This document shows, one piece after another, positions 45,302-57,024 of a stretch of 64,000 nucleotides of DNA. A program made the position numbers and the translations under genes. The stretch is taken from the NCBI GenBank assembly GCA_016198685.1, contig JACQID010000004.1, positions 96,001-160,000 on the forward strand, given 5' to 3'. The notes beneath the pieces were generated by a model. It saw only the letters and a list, made by a program, of their open reading frames with translations, did no database searches and was not told the DNA's origin. This DNA is from Candidatus Aenigmatarchaeota archaeon (GTDB lineage: Archaea > Aenigmatarchaeota > Aenigmatarchaeia > GW2011-AR5). Each line of letters opens with the position of its first letter. Positions within the stretch are counted from its first letter, which is position 1.

Positions 45302-46876
45302 TTATTTGGCGTTTTCAGCGAACCTCATGGATCTTTTTTTCCTGTTGTAGGTGACAGCAAACCTATGCGTCTCGTCTCTTATTGATCTTACGAGAAGCAT
45401 CATCGAAGAGTTCTTGGGAAAGCGCATGGGTATCTCGTTCTCCGGCGTGAAGATCTCTTCATCTTTTTTAGCAAGTGATATTATCGGTATTTTAAGACCG
45501 AGATCTTTCAATGCGCCAAGCGCGGAATTCAGCTGCCCCGGCCCGCCGTCTATGATTATAAGATCCGGCATAGAGTCATTCTGGTCGCGGAGTCTGCGGT
45601 ATCTCCTGTGCACCACTTCTTTCATGGCTGCAAAATCGTCACTTTTTCCGCTAAAGGTCTTTATTTCAAACTTCCTATAACCCTGCTTATCCTTTGCGCC
45701 TTCGGTGAATCTCACCATTGAAGCGACAATGTAGTCATATCCAAGATTAGAGATATCAAAGCATTCAATGATTCTTGGCAGTGAAGGCAAATTCAGCTTC
45801 TCTTGGAGTTCATTCAACGCCTTATTGCCTATTTTCAGCGCGGCATTCTTTTCTGCAATGGCTACAAGTGCCATGTTTTCTTTTGTTTCCGGCGGAAGAA
45901 GTCTTATGCTTCTTCCTGACAATTTTTCAAAATATGATTGAAGCGTCTCATCGTCCCAGAATTTCCTGTTGACTATTATCTCATCGGGGATTTCATTACT
46001 AAGATAGTAGGTTTTTATGAAATTCTCAAAGACCTCATTTTCAGATTCTTCAAAATGAGGCGTTATCATGTACTCATTTTTTCCCGAAATAACGCCGCGC
46101 TTTATATAAAATACCTCGAAGATGAAGCGTTCCCCGTCTTGAATACCGGCAATGACGTCCTGATCGACCTTTTTGGCGATATTTATTTTCCGTTTTCCTG
46201 ATACCCTGTCTATTATCTCTATCTGGCGTCTTTTTTCCAGGGCAAGCTCATACTTCATGGATTGGGAAGATGCTTTAAGTTCTTCATTGAGCTTGTTTCT
46301 CAAAGGCGATGTATCCCCGGAAAGAAATTCTATGGCATGACGAACCTGGTCTAGATATTGTTCATGGCTGACCAGTTTGATGCATGGAGCTGTGCAGATT
46401 CCGATATAATAGTTAAGGCATGCTTTTCTTGGCAGTTTTTTGCAGGTGCGAAGCCGTAATGACTTGACCAGAAGCTCTATTGTATCATCTCTTAGCCTTG
46501 AATCAATATACGGGCCGAAATAAGTTCCGTCTCCCTTGGCGTTCCTTGATATCATAACGCGCGGAAATTTTTCGTTGGTTATCTTGATATAAGCGTAGGT
46601 CTTTGAATCCTTGAGGGATATGTTATATTTCGGCCAGTGCTTTTTTATAAGCTGGTTCTCAAGAAGCAGAGCTTCAGTCTCGTTATTGACGACTATGAAT
46701 TCTATGTCGTTTATTTTATGCACAAGTGCCTGAGTTTTTGCATTTTTCTTCCCTGAAAAATAAGATAAGACCCGCTTTTTAAGTATCTTGGCTTTGCCTA
46801 TGTAGATTATTTTCCCAGACGAGTCCTTGAACAGGTAAACTCCGGGGTCATCCGGAACGTTCGGTATCATAATCAT
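45302..46876 (-). CDS. uvrC: Excinuclease ABC subunit C (no C-terminal HhH domain)
   Basis: PGVYLF...IYIGKA GIY-YIG, ECFDISN, IIIDGGPGQL, RDETHRFA. Confidence 0.95.
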   Translation of the reverse strand: MIMIPNVPDDPGVYLFKDSSGKIIYIGKAKILKKRVLSYFSGKKNAKTQALVHKINDIEFIVVNNETEALLLENQLIKKHWPKYNISLKDSKTYAYIKITNEKFPRVMISRNAKGDGTYFGPYIDSRLRDDTIELLVKSLRLRTCKKLPRKACLNYYIGICTAPCIKLVSHEQYLDQVRHAIEFLSGDTSPLRNKLNEELKASSQSMKYELALEKRRQIEIIDRVSGKRKINIAKKVDQDVIAGIQDGERFIFEVFYIKRGVISGKNEYMITPHFEESENEVFENFIKTYYLSNEIPDEIIVNRKFWDDETLQSYFEKLSGRSIRLLPPETKENMALVAIAEKNAALKIGNKALNELQEKLNLPSLPRIIECFDISNLGYDYIVASMVRFTEGAKDKQGYRKFEIKTFSGKSDDFAAMKEVVHRRYRRLRDQNDSMPDLIIIDGGPGQLNSALGALKDLGLKIPIISLAKKDEEIFTPENEIPMRFPKNSSMMLLVRSIRDETHRFAVTYNRKKRSMRFAENAK

Positions 46877-46879
46877 GAT

Positions 46880-49729
46880 TTAGAGCATTCGCTTTAAAAA
46901 TTGGCCAGTATAAGACGCAGGTTCCATGGCAACTTCTTCCGGCGTTCCCATGGCTATTATTCTTCCTCCATCTCTTCCGCCTTCCGGGCCCATGTCTATC
47001 AGGTAATCGCAGGATTTTACGATATCAAGATTATGCTCGATGACAAGCACGCTGCTTCCTTTTTCAACCAGCCTATTGAGTACCATTATGAGCTTTCTTA
47101 CATCCTCAAAATGCAATCCGGTGGTGGGTTCATCAAGCATATAGATCGTATCCCCTGTTTTTTGCTTTGATAGTTCTCTTGTCAGTTTTATTCTCTGCGC
47201 TTCGCCTCCTGAAAGCGTATTGGAGCTTTGCCCTAGCTTGATGTATCCCAGACCAACGTCGTATAATGTCTTTATTTTTCTCGACATACCCGTGTGATTT
47301 TCAAAGAATTTCGTGGCGTCTTCAACGCTCATGTCAAGAACATCAGATATGTTTTTTTCTTTGTAGGTGATTGCAAGAGTCTCCTTGTTGTACCGTTTGC
47401 CTTTGCAGTCTTCACATTGCACATAAACATCGGGTAAAAAGTTCATTTCTATTTTTATTACGCCGTCCCCTTTGCAGCTCTCGCAGCGCCCGCCTTTGAC
47501 ATTGAAGGAGAATCTCCCTTCTTTGTATCCTTTGGCGCGGGCGTCTTTGGTGGAAGAAAAAATCTTTCGGATTTCATCGAATATTTTGGTATAAGTAGCT
47601 GGATTGGATCTCGGTGTTTTTCCTATAGGATCTTGGTCTATGACTATCACATTTTTGACCGATTTCGGGATTTCTATGCCGTTGTTTTTCCCTATTTTCT
47701 CGGCGATCATGCCGGCATGCTTCTTCAGTAAGGGAACAAGCGTCTGGTTTATCAGGGTCGATTTTCCGGATCCTGATACACCCGTTATTCCGCAAAGCAC
47801 GCCTGTCGGCAACGAAACGTATATGTTTTTCAGATTATTCTCGGAAGCGCCTTTTACAACTATGAAGTCTTTTGGTTCTCTTCTGTGCTCTGGTATCTCT
47901 ATTTTTGTATGTCCTGAAAGGTAGCGGCCGGTTATGCTGTTCTTGTCTTTGGCTATATCATCAGGTGTTCCCTGTGAGGCAACATGACCTCCATGCACGC
48001 CTGCGCCGGGTCCCATGTCAATTATATAATCCGCGGCCTTTATCGTGTCGTAATCGTGTTCGACAACTATGAGCGTATTTCCTATGTCCCTGAGCCTCTG
48101 AAGGGTTGCAATAAGCTTGTTATTGTCCCTTTGATGCAGCCCTATGGAGGGCTCATCAAGAATGTAAAGAACGCCCATGAGGTTCGATCCTATCTGCGTT
48201 GCAAGACGTATTCGCTGCGCTTCGCCGCCCGATAGGGTCTTTGAGCTTCTCGAAAGCGACAGGTAGCCAAGGCCTACGTTTGTAAGAAAGCTGATTCTGT
48301 CATTGATTTCCTTGAGTATCTGCTTTGATATTATCTTGTCTTTTTCCGAAAGGCTCTCTGCAAGATGGATGAAAAATTTGGCGCAAGCATCCAGGTCCAT
48401 CTCCGTAATGTCAATTATGGATTTTCCTGCTATGCTGACCGAAAGCACGGTTTCCTTGAGCCTCTTTCCTTCGCATACGCGGCATAGCTTCCCTATCATG
48501 AATCTTTCAAGGTCTTCCTTTCTTTCGTCGGATTCTGTCTGTTTGTACAGTCTTAGCGTTTGGGGTATTATTCCTTCCCAGCCGTTTTCCATGTTCATTG
48601 AAGCGCCGTTGCTCCATCTGCCGTCTATTCTTTCAGTCGTTCCATTAAGAAGTACATCGAGTTGTTTTTTTGAAAATGCAGATATGGGGGTGAAAATGTC
48701 GAATCCGAATTTTTTCCCGACAACAGCAATCTGCTGGCATCTCCATTGCAAATCCATTCTCCCATAGACCGCAATGGTGCCATCAATGATAGATTTGCTT
48801 TTATCCGGAATCAAGAGATCCTGCGATATTTCCAGCGTTTCTCCGAGGCCCAAGCACCCCGCGCACGCGCCGAAAGGGGAATTAAATGAGAACATTCTGG
48901 GTTCTAGCTGCTGGAACAAAACTTCAGGATGCTTGGGGCACGCGCCGAAAGTTGAATAGATTGTCTCACCTGCGCCTCGTTGTATCTCTTTTGTTTTCTT
49001 TTGTATTTTAGCCGGGTCAAGAATTATTACGGTTCCCTTGCCGGCATGCACCGCCTGCTCAACGTCTTCCGATATTCTGGAGCGATTATCGTCGCTGGCC
49101 TCCAGCCTGTCCACAACCGCTTCTATCCAGTGCTTTTCATAGCGAGCTAATTTCATATTATCTTTTATCTCATCAAGCCTGCATATTTCTCCGTCAATGC
49201 GCACGCGGCTGAATCCGTCTGATAACATTCCTTCGAAAATTTTCTCATGGGCTCCTTTAACTCCGCTAATCAGCGGAGCAAGAATTATAATCTCCTTTTT
49301 TTCAGACATGATCAGGTTTACTATGTTTTCCACTGACTGCGGCCTGATTTGGGATTTGCACTTAGGGCAGTGTATTGTCCCTATGCGTGCAAATAGAAGC
49401 CTGAGATAATCATATATCTCAGTTACCGTGCCTACCGTTGATCTTGGGTTTTTTGAGGTCGTTTTTTGCTCTATGGATATTGCAGGCGAAAGCCCATCTA
49501 TCAAATCTATGTCCGGTTTATTCATCAATCCCAAGAACTGGCGGGCATATGCAGAAAGTGATTCGACATACCTGCGCTGGCCTTCGGCATATATTGTGTC
49601 AAACGCCAAAGTAGACTTCCCCGAGCCTGACATGCCCGTTATTACGACAAGCTTGTTCCTTGGTATTTCCACGTTTATGTTCTTCAGGTTGTGTTCCCTT
49701 GCTCCTCTCACTACTATTTTATCCAGCAT
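46880..49729 (-). CDS. uvrA: Excinuclease ABC subunit A
   Basis: GAREHNLKN, two Walker A ([16 protein letters not shown]), two LSGGEAQRI, Zn-finger Cys motifs. Confidence 0.98.
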   Translation of the reverse strand: MLDKIVVRGAREHNLKNINVEIPRNKLVVITGMSGSGKSTLAFDTIYAEGQRRYVESLSAYARQFLGLMNKPDIDLIDGLSPAISIEQKTTSKNPRSTVGTVTEIYDYLRLLFARIGTIHCPKCKSQIRPQSVENIVNLIMSEKKEIIILAPLISGVKGAHEKIFEGMLSDGFSRVRIDGEICRLDEIKDNMKLARYEKHWIEAVVDRLEASDDNRSRISEDVEQAVHAGKGTVIILDPAKIQKKTKEIQRGAGETIYSTFGACPKHPEVLFQQLEPRMFSFNSPFGACAGCLGLGETLEISQDLLIPDKSKSIIDGTIAVYGRMDLQWRCQQIAVVGKKFGFDIFTPISAFSKKQLDVLLNGTTERIDGRWSNGASMNMENGWEGIIPQTLRLYKQTESDERKEDLERFMIGKLCRVCEGKRLKETVLSVSIAGKSIIDITEMDLDACAKFFIHLAESLSEKDKIISKQILKEINDRISFLTNVGLGYLSLSRSSKTLSGGEAQRIRLATQIGSNLMGVLYILDEPSIGLHQRDNNKLIATLQRLRDIGNTLIVVEHDYDTIKAADYIIDMGPGAGVHGGHVASQGTPDDIAKDKNSITGRYLSGHTKIEIPEHRREPKDFIVVKGASENNLKNIYVSLPTGVLCGITGVSGSGKSTLINQTLVPLLKKHAGMIAEKIGKNNGIEIPKSVKNVIVIDQDPIGKTPRSNPATYTKIFDEIRKIFSSTKDARAKGYKEGRFSFNVKGGRCESCKGDGVIKIEMNFLPDVYVQCEDCKGKRYNKETLAITYKEKNISDVLDMSVEDATKFFENHTGMSRKIKTLYDVGLGYIKLGQSSNTLSGGEAQRIKLTRELSKQKTGDTIYMLDEPTTGLHFEDVRKLIMVLNRLVEKGSSVLVIEHNLDIVKSCDYLIDMGPEGGRDGGRIIAMGTPEEVAMEPASYTGQFLKRML

Positions 49730-49733
49730 AATA

Positions 49734-51656
49734 TCAATTCTTTATTGAACTCTCAAGTTCTTGCATCGCATCGCGCAGTTCTATGGCCCGCTCAAAATTA
49801 AGATTTTCCGCTGCAGTCCTCATCTCGGCTTCCAGCTCGATGATTTTTCTTTCAATATCAATTCTTGCCATGTGCTTGAATCCTTTTATTTTGCCGGGCT
49901 TGACTATGTTTTTGATGATCGTTTCAGGGGTTATGCCATGTTTTTTGTTATATGCCTGCTGCATGCGCCTTCGTTCATCTGTTATCTTTACCGCCCGCCT
50001 TATCGAATCAGTCATCTGGTCGGCAAAAAGTATTACACGACCGTTTATGTTTCTTGCGGCCCTTCCTATGGTTTGGATCAGGCTCCTTTCGTTTCTTAAA
50101 AATCCTTCTTTGTCGGCATCCAGTATGCATACGAGCGAGACTTCTGGTATATCCAGTCCTTCTCGCAAAAGATTTATTCCGACAAGAATGTCAAACTCAC
50201 CCGACCTAAGCTGCCGTATTATCTCTATCCTATCAAGGCTTTCGATATCGGAGTGCATGTACCGAACCTTCAGCCCTTCTTTTGCAAGATAATCTGTCAG
50301 ATCCTCAGCCATCCTTTTTGTCAGTGTCGTGATAAGAATCCTTTCACCTTTTCCAATGGCTTTTCGCATTTCATTCACCATGTAAGGTATATGGTCTTTT
50401 ATCGGCCTCACGGATACCTCCGGATCAATCAAGCCTGTCGGACGTATTATCAGGTTCACAACTTGCCCTGACATCTGCAGTTCATATTCGCCGGGAGTTG
50501 CTGAAACAAAGATTGTATGGCGGAAGTACTGCTCAAACTCCGGGAATTTAAGCGGGCGGTTGTCAAATGCGCATGGCAGTCTGAATCCAAAATCGACAAG
50601 ATTCTTTTTGCGCGAATAATCCCCTTTATACATGGCTCTAGACTGGGGTAGTGTCTGATGGCTTTCATCTATTATCAGAAGAAAATCCTTCGGGAAATAA
50701 TCAAGGAGAACAAATGGTGGTTGGCCCTTTTTGCGATTATCGAAATGCCTCGAATAATTTTCTATTCCGCTGCAATAACCGACTTCTTTTATCATTTCTA
50801 TGTCGTATTTGACGCGTTTTTCAAGCCGTTGTGCTTCAATGCCAGACAATTCCGGCAGTCTTTCTGCAAGCTCTTTTTTAATCTCTTCTATGGCGGCTTC
50901 ATGCTTTTGTTCCGGCGTTGCAAACTGTTTTGCAGGAAAAATTGTTGCACTTTCGAGGACATTGATCACGCTTCCCGTTATGCCGTCCATCTCGGATATC
51001 TTATCAACAGCGTTTCCGAACAGCTCTATTCGTGCTATGTTATTCCCGTACGCCGGGATGATGTCTATTACGTCGCCCCTTGCGCGGAATTTTCCCGGCT
51101 CAAGGTACTGATCGCTTCTTTCATACTGCATCTCTATCAATTTTCTTATCAAGTCATTTCTCGTAATCTTGTCGTTCTTTACCAGCGTAAGCGAGAGGCT
51201 CTTGAAGTCATCAGGATTGCCAAGGCCGTATATGCAGGATATTGAGGCGACAATTATAGTATCCGGCCTTGATATGAGGGAGGTCACGGCCTTCAGCCTC
51301 ATTTTTTCTATCTGTTCGTTGATTGTCGCATCTTTCTCTATATACAAGTCGGTTGTGGGCACATAACTCTCCGGCTGATAATAATCATAATATGAAATGA
51401 AATACTCCACGCAGTTTTTGGGAAACATTTCCTTAAGCTCTGCATATAGCTGAGCTGCGAGTGTTTTGTTGTGTGCAAGTACAAGGGTAGGCTTTTGTAT
51501 CCTGCCTATTAAATTAGCCATGACAAATGTCTTCCCGCTTCCCGTTATGCCGAGCAATGTCTGCATGGGGTATTTTCCGTAGCCTTCGTGAAGCTTTTCT
51601 ATGGCCTCTGGCTGCCCTCCTGCCGGCTTGAACGGCGAGTGCAGTTCGAATTTCAT
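49734..51656 (-). CDS. uvrB: Excinuclease ABC subunit B
   Basis: [16 protein letters not shown] beta-hairpin, [25 protein letters not shown]-terminal UVR; start set at MKFEL. Confidence 0.97.
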   Translation of the reverse strand: MKFELHSPFKPAGGQPEAIEKLHEGYGKYPMQTLLGITGSGKTFVMANLIGRIQKPTLVLAHNKTLAAQLYAELKEMFPKNCVEYFISYYDYYQPESYVPTTDLYIEKDATINEQIEKMRLKAVTSLISRPDTIIVASISCIYGLGNPDDFKSLSLTLVKNDKITRNDLIRKLIEMQYERSDQYLEPGKFRARGDVIDIIPAYGNNIARIELFGNAVDKISEMDGITGSVINVLESATIFPAKQFATPEQKHEAAIEEIKKELAERLPELSGIEAQRLEKRVKYDIEMIKEVGYCSGIENYSRHFDNRKKGQPPFVLLDYFPKDFLLIIDESHQTLPQSRAMYKGDYSRKKNLVDFGFRLPCAFDNRPLKFPEFEQYFRHTIFVSATPGEYELQMSGQVVNLIIRPTGLIDPEVSVRPIKDHIPYMVNEMRKAIGKGERILITTLTKRMAEDLTDYLAKEGLKVRYMHSDIESLDRIEIIRQLRSGEFDILVGINLLREGLDIPEVSLVCILDADKEGFLRNERSLIQTIGRAARNINGRVILFADQMTDSIRRAVKITDERRRMQQAYNKKHGITPETIIKNIVKPGKIKGFKHMARIDIERKIIELEAEMRTAAENLNFERAIELRDAMQELESSIKN

Positions 51657-51721
51657 GCGATCGCAATAATATAAAATATAATTAAGCTTAAACGTCGATT
51701 CGGGACAATAATGCAAGGAAC

Positions 51722-52183
51722 TTACAGCCTGCCCATTTCCCGCATTATCTCTTCGTCCAGAGCGGCGCTTTTCTTTCGTGTGAGTTTGGATGCCATATCA
51801 TCCAGTTCCTTTTCGTCAGTCTGCTTCCTTGGGTAGCTTATGACAACGCTGTCACCCTGGTTTCTTGGTATGACATGAAAATGTACATGGCTCACTATCT
51901 GGCCTGCAGCCTTGCCGTTGTTTTGGACTATGTTCACGCCCTGGCAGCCTGTCCTCTCCTTGATCATTGATGTGACCTTCTTGACTGCAACAATTGCACC
52001 CTTCAAGCTCTCGTCATCAGCGTCAAAAATATTCTCAGAATGCCTTTTTGGCACAACGAGGGTATGCCCCGGATTTGCGGGGTTTATGTCAAGAAATCCG
52101 ACGCTAGAAGCGTCTTCATAGATCTTTTTTGATGGTATCTCGCCGCTAATAATCTTGCAAAACAGGCAATCCATCTGTACCAT
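51722..52183 (-). CDS. HIT family nucleotide hydrolase
   Basis: DCLFCKII, GHTLVVPK, HVHFHVIPR histidine triad. Confidence 0.95.
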   Translation of the reverse strand: MVQMDCLFCKIISGEIPSKKIYEDASSVGFLDINPANPGHTLVVPKRHSENIFDADDESLKGAIVAVKKVTSMIKERTGCQGVNIVQNNGKAAGQIVSHVHFHVIPRNQGDSVVISYPRKQTDEKELDDMASKLTRKKSAALDEEIMREMGRL

Positions 52184-52420
52184 TGCAAAGAAAATGATTT
52201 AAAATCTTTTTTTGGAGTTCTGGGCGGTAACTGTCGATTATCGTCCTGCCATAAGCGATAAGTACAGAAATGATATGATTGAGGTATATGGTGATTTCAG
52301 AAATTATGTCAAAAGGTTAGAAGCAACCGTTTGACATCATGGCTTCTCGAAAGGTATCCGGAAGACCCTACTATCTGAATGGTGGCTCAGCGTGATCAAT
52401 TTGTCCCGATTTTAAATCCT

Positions 52421-52717
52421 TCAGATGATGGCTGGCAGCGTGAAGAAGATTGTCGCAAAGACGGATATCGTTGTCATGACTGCAAAGATTATCTTGAATG
52501 CGTTCTCATGATACTTGGCCATTTCGGTGCCTGCAAGAAGCATGATCATAGGTGCAAGAGGCGCAAATATGAGAAGAAGATAAACGTAAAACTCGGCGTA
52601 AGGGGTAAGCACGGGGAATGCCGGCAGAATAAAATAGAATATATTGATTATCAAAACGATGAAATAAGACGTGCTTACTGCCAAAAATTTAGGCGAAAGC
52701 CCTTCAGGAATGTTCAT
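52421..52717 (-). CDS. Small three-TM membrane protein
   Basis: 98 aa hydrophobic ORF; overlaps stop of upstream hydrolase gene by 4 nt. Confidence 0.65.
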   Translation of the reverse strand: MNIPEGLSPKFLAVSTSYFIVLIINIFYFILPAFPVLTPYAEFYVYLLLIFAPLAPMIMLLAGTEMAKYHENAFKIIFAVMTTISVFATIFFTLPAII

Positions 52718-53727
52718 TTGACTTCACCAATGAATTTTTCAAAGTTGCTCCAGCGTGCCTTCTGTGATGCATAATAAATGACATCCTGTATCAATTTCAT
52801 CGAAGTTTTCGGGTACATCTCGTTGAGAAATGCCGAAGTCTCGAACATTATAGCGTTTCCTCCCGTCTTTTCTAGCATTTTTTTCACGTTTCCGTCTCCT
52901 CTTTTGCCGGTAAAGGATTTCTGGTAGGTCATCCGGAATTCCGTGGCTTCTATGCTTTCTTCAAGCATCTTTTCATATTTGTCCCAATTCAGGCCCTTTT
53001 CCATGTCCTCGGCATTCCTGCCAAGTATCCTTGCAGCGTTTGCTATATCCCTTTTAACGTCGTTCCTGTAGCTTCCCTGCATGGCTCTCAGGTTAAACTT
53101 CTTGAACCTGTAACCTATGCTTCTTCTGAGCCAATTGCCGGCCCATGACACGGCATACGCCTTCATGTGGTTTTTTATATGGACAAGCCTCTCTGCGTTT
53201 TTCTTGTTGGCTTTCTCAACAGCTTCCTTCACGACATTCTCGTTGAACCATTTTCCGCCATTTGTGCAAACATCGAGTATTGACGGGAAGTTCTTGAGAC
53301 GCATTGCCTGGGCATGGATGATAACGTATAAGGGCGTTTTTGGAGCGAGTGTTTCAGCTGCCATCCAGAAATGGTTGTGGACATTGACCTTTTCGAGATA
53401 TTCTTCCTGATCCTGAGAATAGAAAGCATATTTTTTCTCAAAAAGCATCCTTTTCTTGTAATTATCTGCGCCTTTGAACATCTGAAGCGCCTCGTCCATA
53501 TTGGCCGGTTTCCTGAAAAAATCAACGCCATATCGGCCTGCGCGCGGAACCGTGCAGATGATGCCCAGACTGCCCATGCGTTTTGTGAGCATTGATGTAA
53601 TGAATTCACATCCTGCATCCCCTCGCATAACCGGAGATAGCGTAGTTGTCGCATGCGGTGCTATGAAGACAGGGCCTGAATTATTGTTCTTGAGAAGCAT
53701 GAAGCCCTCCTTGTAGTATGCACGCAT
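52714..53727 (-). CDS. N-formylglutamate amidohydrolase-like (Zn-exopeptidase fold) protein A
   Basis: VFIAPHA, GDAG, VDFFR, VIIHA, MFETS; paralogous to 53787-54716. Confidence 0.7.
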   Translation of the reverse strand: MRAYYKEGFMLLKNNNSGPVFIAPHATTTLSPVMRGDAGCEFITSMLTKRMGSLGIICTVPRAGRYGVDFFRKPANMDEALQMFKGADNYKKRMLFEKKYAFYSQDQEEYLEKVNVHNHFWMAAETLAPKTPLYVIIHAQAMRLKNFPSILDVCTNGGKWFNENVVKEAVEKANKKNAERLVHIKNHMKAYAVSWAGNWLRRSIGYRFKKFNLRAMQGSYRNDVKRDIANAARILGRNAEDMEKGLNWDKYEKMLEESIEATEFRMTYQKSFTGKRGDGNVKKMLEKTGGNAIMFETSAFLNEMYPKTSMKLIQDVIYYASQKARWSNFEKFIGEVK

Positions 53728-53786
53728 TTGAATCAAGTTATTTATGGCCGTCCGAGGATAAAATGTTTATGCTCTCATTCCGTTAT

Positions 53787-54716
53787 ATGCCCGGCTTCAA
53801 CATCATAGAAAGTGGAAAACCGGGGCCTATATTCGTTGCTCCTCATTCTACCCTCACTTATCGTTCCGCTGAACGTGAAGATGTAGGCGCCGAGAACTTG
53901 GCATTTGCCGGCGTTGACATCATGGGAGGGTCGGCAATTATCTCATCTATTCCGCGTCACGGCATGCTCGGCATAGACTACAACCGTAGCGTCCCAAAGA
54001 AGACCCAGCTCGTAAAGGACATGAGTTACATTAAGGGCAACGACAATCTGACTTTATATTACAAAAATTATGCGTGGATGGCCCAGAATCCGGCTCAGGA
54101 TGCTTATAAGAAAAAAATATATTCCAGTTTCTGGAAAACCGCTGAAATGATGGGCAAACGACACAAAAAACCTCTCTTTCTGTTTTGCCATACCTTAAGT
54201 TCAAGGATAAAGAACCTGCCTTCGGCAGTGGATCTCATAACAGGCCGGGGCACATGGTTCGATAAAGGGAAACTAGAAAGGATGGTTGCCAAATTAAACA
54301 GAAAATACGATTTCGCCCAGTATCGGGAAGACTGGATTCTCGATATGAAATTCCATGCCATGATGGAAAAAAAGATATTCGGGCGGCACTTCACATCAAT
54401 CAAGGATTCGAAAGGCATGCGCAGGGAGTGGATGCTGCAGGATATAGAAAAGGCAAACAGGATATTAGGAAAAAAATTAGACATAAAGACAATTGATTTT
54501 CTCGAATATTACCGTGCGATAGAAGATGTAATGAAAAAGAGCGAGATAAAGATCACGGTCGAGAATGTATATTTCGGCGATACTGCAAGGCCTGTATCAC
54601 GGCTTCTTGAAAGAACGAACGGCTCAGGACTCGAAGTCGAGGCGCAGTCGTTTTTGAACGAGAATCATGCCGAAGACGTTGTCAAAATAATACAAGAACT
54701 TGTCCGGCAATTTTGA
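53787..54716 (+). CDS. N-formylglutamate amidohydrolase-like (Zn-exopeptidase fold) protein B
   Basis: IFVAPHS, EDVGA, IDYNRS, LFCHT, LEVE; start set at MPGFN. Confidence 0.72.
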   Translation: MPGFNIIESGKPGPIFVAPHSTLTYRSAEREDVGAENLAFAGVDIMGGSAIISSIPRHGMLGIDYNRSVPKKTQLVKDMSYIKGNDNLTLYYKNYAWMAQNPAQDAYKKKIYSSFWKTAEMMGKRHKKPLFLFCHTLSSRIKNLPSAVDLITGRGTWFDKGKLERMVAKLNRKYDFAQYREDWILDMKFHAMMEKKIFGRHFTSIKDSKGMRREWMLQDIEKANRILGKKLDIKTIDFLEYYRAIEDVMKKSEIKITVENVYFGDTARPVSRLLERTNGSGLEVEAQSFLNENHAEDVVKIIQELVRQF

Positions 54717-54717
54717 A

Positions 54718-55182
54718 TCATCTGGGATCTATTGCATAGACTATATGGCCGGGCTCTCTCAGATAAGTTCTCGTGTCTTCGGTGTTACTTGCTGCATTAT
54801 AAATTCTTGATGTAATGAGGTTCGCGGCGTTTTTGTCCGTATAAGCGTTAAAATAGGCGTTTTTGCCATAAATAAGGGTTGTCAGATGCGCAGGAGCCCC
54901 GGCAGTCAATGAGTTGAGTTCTTCCCGTATTTTTGCTATGCGGGCATTCTTGTTTAAGAGAGGCAGTCTTTCCTGCCAGCTAACGCAATATACCCTAAAG
55001 AGCCCGATGTTTTGGAGTTCTTGCTCTTCAATTTCAGGATCTGGACCTGTATATCGGTATACGTTGCTGCCATAGCCATCCTGGTTTGGCATATGTACAG
55101 GAACCCAGTTTTCAGGATTATGATTCCATTCTGGCATTATGGCAAACAAAGGGCTGTCATCCTCGTTCCAGATTTCTACCAT
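54718..55182 (-). CDS. Hypothetical protein
   Basis: ~154 aa from MVEIWNEDD; same strand, downstream of hydrolase C. Confidence 0.55.
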   Translation of the reverse strand: MVEIWNEDDSPLFAIMPEWNHNPENWVPVHMPNQDGYGSNVYRYTGPDPEIEEQELQNIGLFRVYCVSWQERLPLLNKNARIAKIREELNSLTAGAPAHLTTLIYGKNAYFNAYTDKNAANLITSRIYNAASNTEDTRTYLREPGHIVYAIDPR

Positions 55183-55234
55183 TATAATATTTGACAGAAA
55201 TTTATAAAAAATAGTTAAATTTCCACAAATATAG

Positions 55235-56113
55235 CTATGCTTTTTCAGCCGTCTGCTTTTCAACCCATTCTTCCGCACACTCAGCAAGAACCTGCGCCGC
55301 TATCTGGTAGCGCAATTTCGGCAAAGAAGGATGTTCTTTCATGACGCGTCCATGGCGGTTAAATTCCACGTGAATTCCGAAGCGTATGTCACTGTTTTTT
55401 TCGTTGTATTCCTTGACGTGCCTATATAGGGTATAATTCTTGCTTCCGGTAAACAGGCTTTTGCTTACCTTTACGGTGATGTCTATCCTGACATTGCGTT
55501 CTTTCAGCCGCTCCTTGAGTCTCTTCACGAAGAATCTGCGGAAGGAGAAAGCATTCTTGCTGCCGCCAATATAAGATCTGTCGGGGCCGAACCCCAAAAG
55601 CACATCGGCTTGCCGGTGGGAATGCATGCCATGGTAAGAAAGTATTAGCTTAGGGTTCAGGGACTCAATAGTTTTATGATAGAACTCAAAAATATGCATC
55701 AGGTTTTTGTTCGTACTGATTGGAATATGCGATTCCGTCTCCTCATGCCCTTCGTCTGCCATGAACGGCAAGACCCTTAACCTCATGCCTTCGGCATCGG
55801 AGGGCCTGGCTAAATCAAGCTCTGTTCTCAGAATTGTTGGTATTATGTACGCAGATTGGGAATGCCATGCACCAAGTTTGGCTAGGGTTGCCGTATTCGC
55901 ATCGCCTATTCCGATGTAGGCTTTCTTGCCGTGCTTAGGAGATTTTATTCGTGTAGTTTGCGCATGCTCGGCAACAATGAGTATTTTGTTACGAGAATAG
56001 TCTTCCAGCGTCTGAAAGAGAAGGTTGTTGGCGTTCTGGGGCCTGAAATTAGACTCGAACGCGGAAAGGTCTTCTTCGCTTTTCAAAAGGTTGAGCGTTT
56101 TTATCTGCCCCAC
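55235..56113 (-). CDS. N-formylglutamate amidohydrolase-like (Zn-exopeptidase fold) protein C
   Basis: LIVAEHA, GDANT, LDLARP, LSYHGM, DVLLGFG, IHVEFN; overlaps rimK stop. Confidence 0.72.
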   Translation of the reverse strand: MGQIKTLNLLKSEEDLSAFESNFRPQNANNLLFQTLEDYSRNKILIVAEHAQTTRIKSPKHGKKAYIGIGDANTATLAKLGAWHSQSAYIIPTILRTELDLARPSDAEGMRLRVLPFMADEGHEETESHIPISTNKNLMHIFEFYHKTIESLNPKLILSYHGMHSHRQADVLLGFGPDRSYIGGSKNAFSFRRFFVKRLKERLKERNVRIDITVKVSKSLFTGSKNYTLYRHVKEYNEKNSDIRFGIHVEFNRHGRVMKEHPSLPKLRYQIAAQVLAECAEEWVEKQTAEKA

Positions 56114-57024
56114 GTCATCTCCTCTACTGCCTTGAAAATAGGAGCTATCAGCCTGTCTTTCTTGGATATTTCCGCTTCATGTTTGACGTAATCCATCATC
56201 AATGCTGCAACGTTCGTTCCGGTTGCATGAGTTATGCCTTCAAAGTGCACGTTCACATTCGCCTCTATGACTACAGGCCCTTTCTTGCCTTCTATTATGT
56301 CTATCCCTGCTATGCCAAGACCCAATGCTTTAGCGCTGCGTATAGCAAGCTTTGTCATTTCTTGACTGAGTCTTATTTTCTTGCCGGTTCCGCCGGCGCC
56401 TATATTGGCCCGTCTTTCTCCTTTCTCGGCTATCCTTTTCATTGAAGCTGGCACATCGTGCCCGATTACAAGGGCTCTTATGTCTTCGCCCGGGTTGCCG
56501 ACAAATTCCTCAAGCATTATGGGCTGCTTCATGCCTTCTATCGTATCGAGTATAGGCAAGGCCGAAGACGGGCTTTCTGCAAACATAACGCCCTTGCCTA
56601 ATGAACCCTGCAGCAGCTTTATCACTACAGGATACTTCATGCTTTTGATTATAGGTTTCATGCCCTTTACCGTTGAACTAAGGTAGCTCAGGGGCGTTGG
56701 TATGCCGGCTTTCTCAAGCTTCAATAATGTAAGGAATTTGTCATGCGTTATTATTATAGATTCCGGCGTTATAGGCATATACGTTTTGCCTTCCAAAAGC
56801 TTGCATATCACATAACCGTAATTTCTATAGGTTCTCGGTATTCTGGGAAAGACGATATCGTACGATGATAAAGGAGTGCCCTTGAGAAGAACAGGGTCGC
56901 CGTTCTGTATTCTTACGTCAGGTATCTGGGCATAAGTAACCTTCTCGAATCTTTTCTTCGCTTCTTCAAGAAGCCAAAGATCCTGAGGCTTCTTCTCCCT
57001 TGAGCCCAAGATACATATTTTCAT
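56101..57024 (-). CDS. rimK: RimK/LysX family ATP-grasp ligase
   Basis: HDKFLT, PVVIKLLQGSLGKGV, LEEFV, EDIRALV, RANIGAGG, AGIDII, VIEANVN. Confidence 0.9.
   Translation of the reverse strand: MKICILGSREKKPQDLWLLEEAKKRFEKVTYAQIPDVRIQNGDPVLLKGTPLSSYDIVFPRIPRTYRNYGYVICKLLEGKTYMPITPESIIITHDKFLTLLKLEKAGIPTPLSYLSSTVKGMKPIIKSMKYPVVIKLLQGSLGKGVMFAESPSSALPILDTIEGMKQPIMLEEFVGNPGEDIRALVIGHDVPASMKRIAEKGERRANIGAGGTGKKIRLSQEMTKLAIRSAKALGLGIAGIDIIEGKKGPVVIEANVNVHFEGITHATGTNVAALMMDYVKHEAEISKKDRLIAPIFKAVEEMTWGR

Noticed and set aside
52212-52372. Possible gene remnant LEFWAVTVDY...RLEATV / SWLLERYPEDPTI
   Set aside because: About 40 codons plus a second frame, with no recognisable family or SD; cannot be supported without a homology search.
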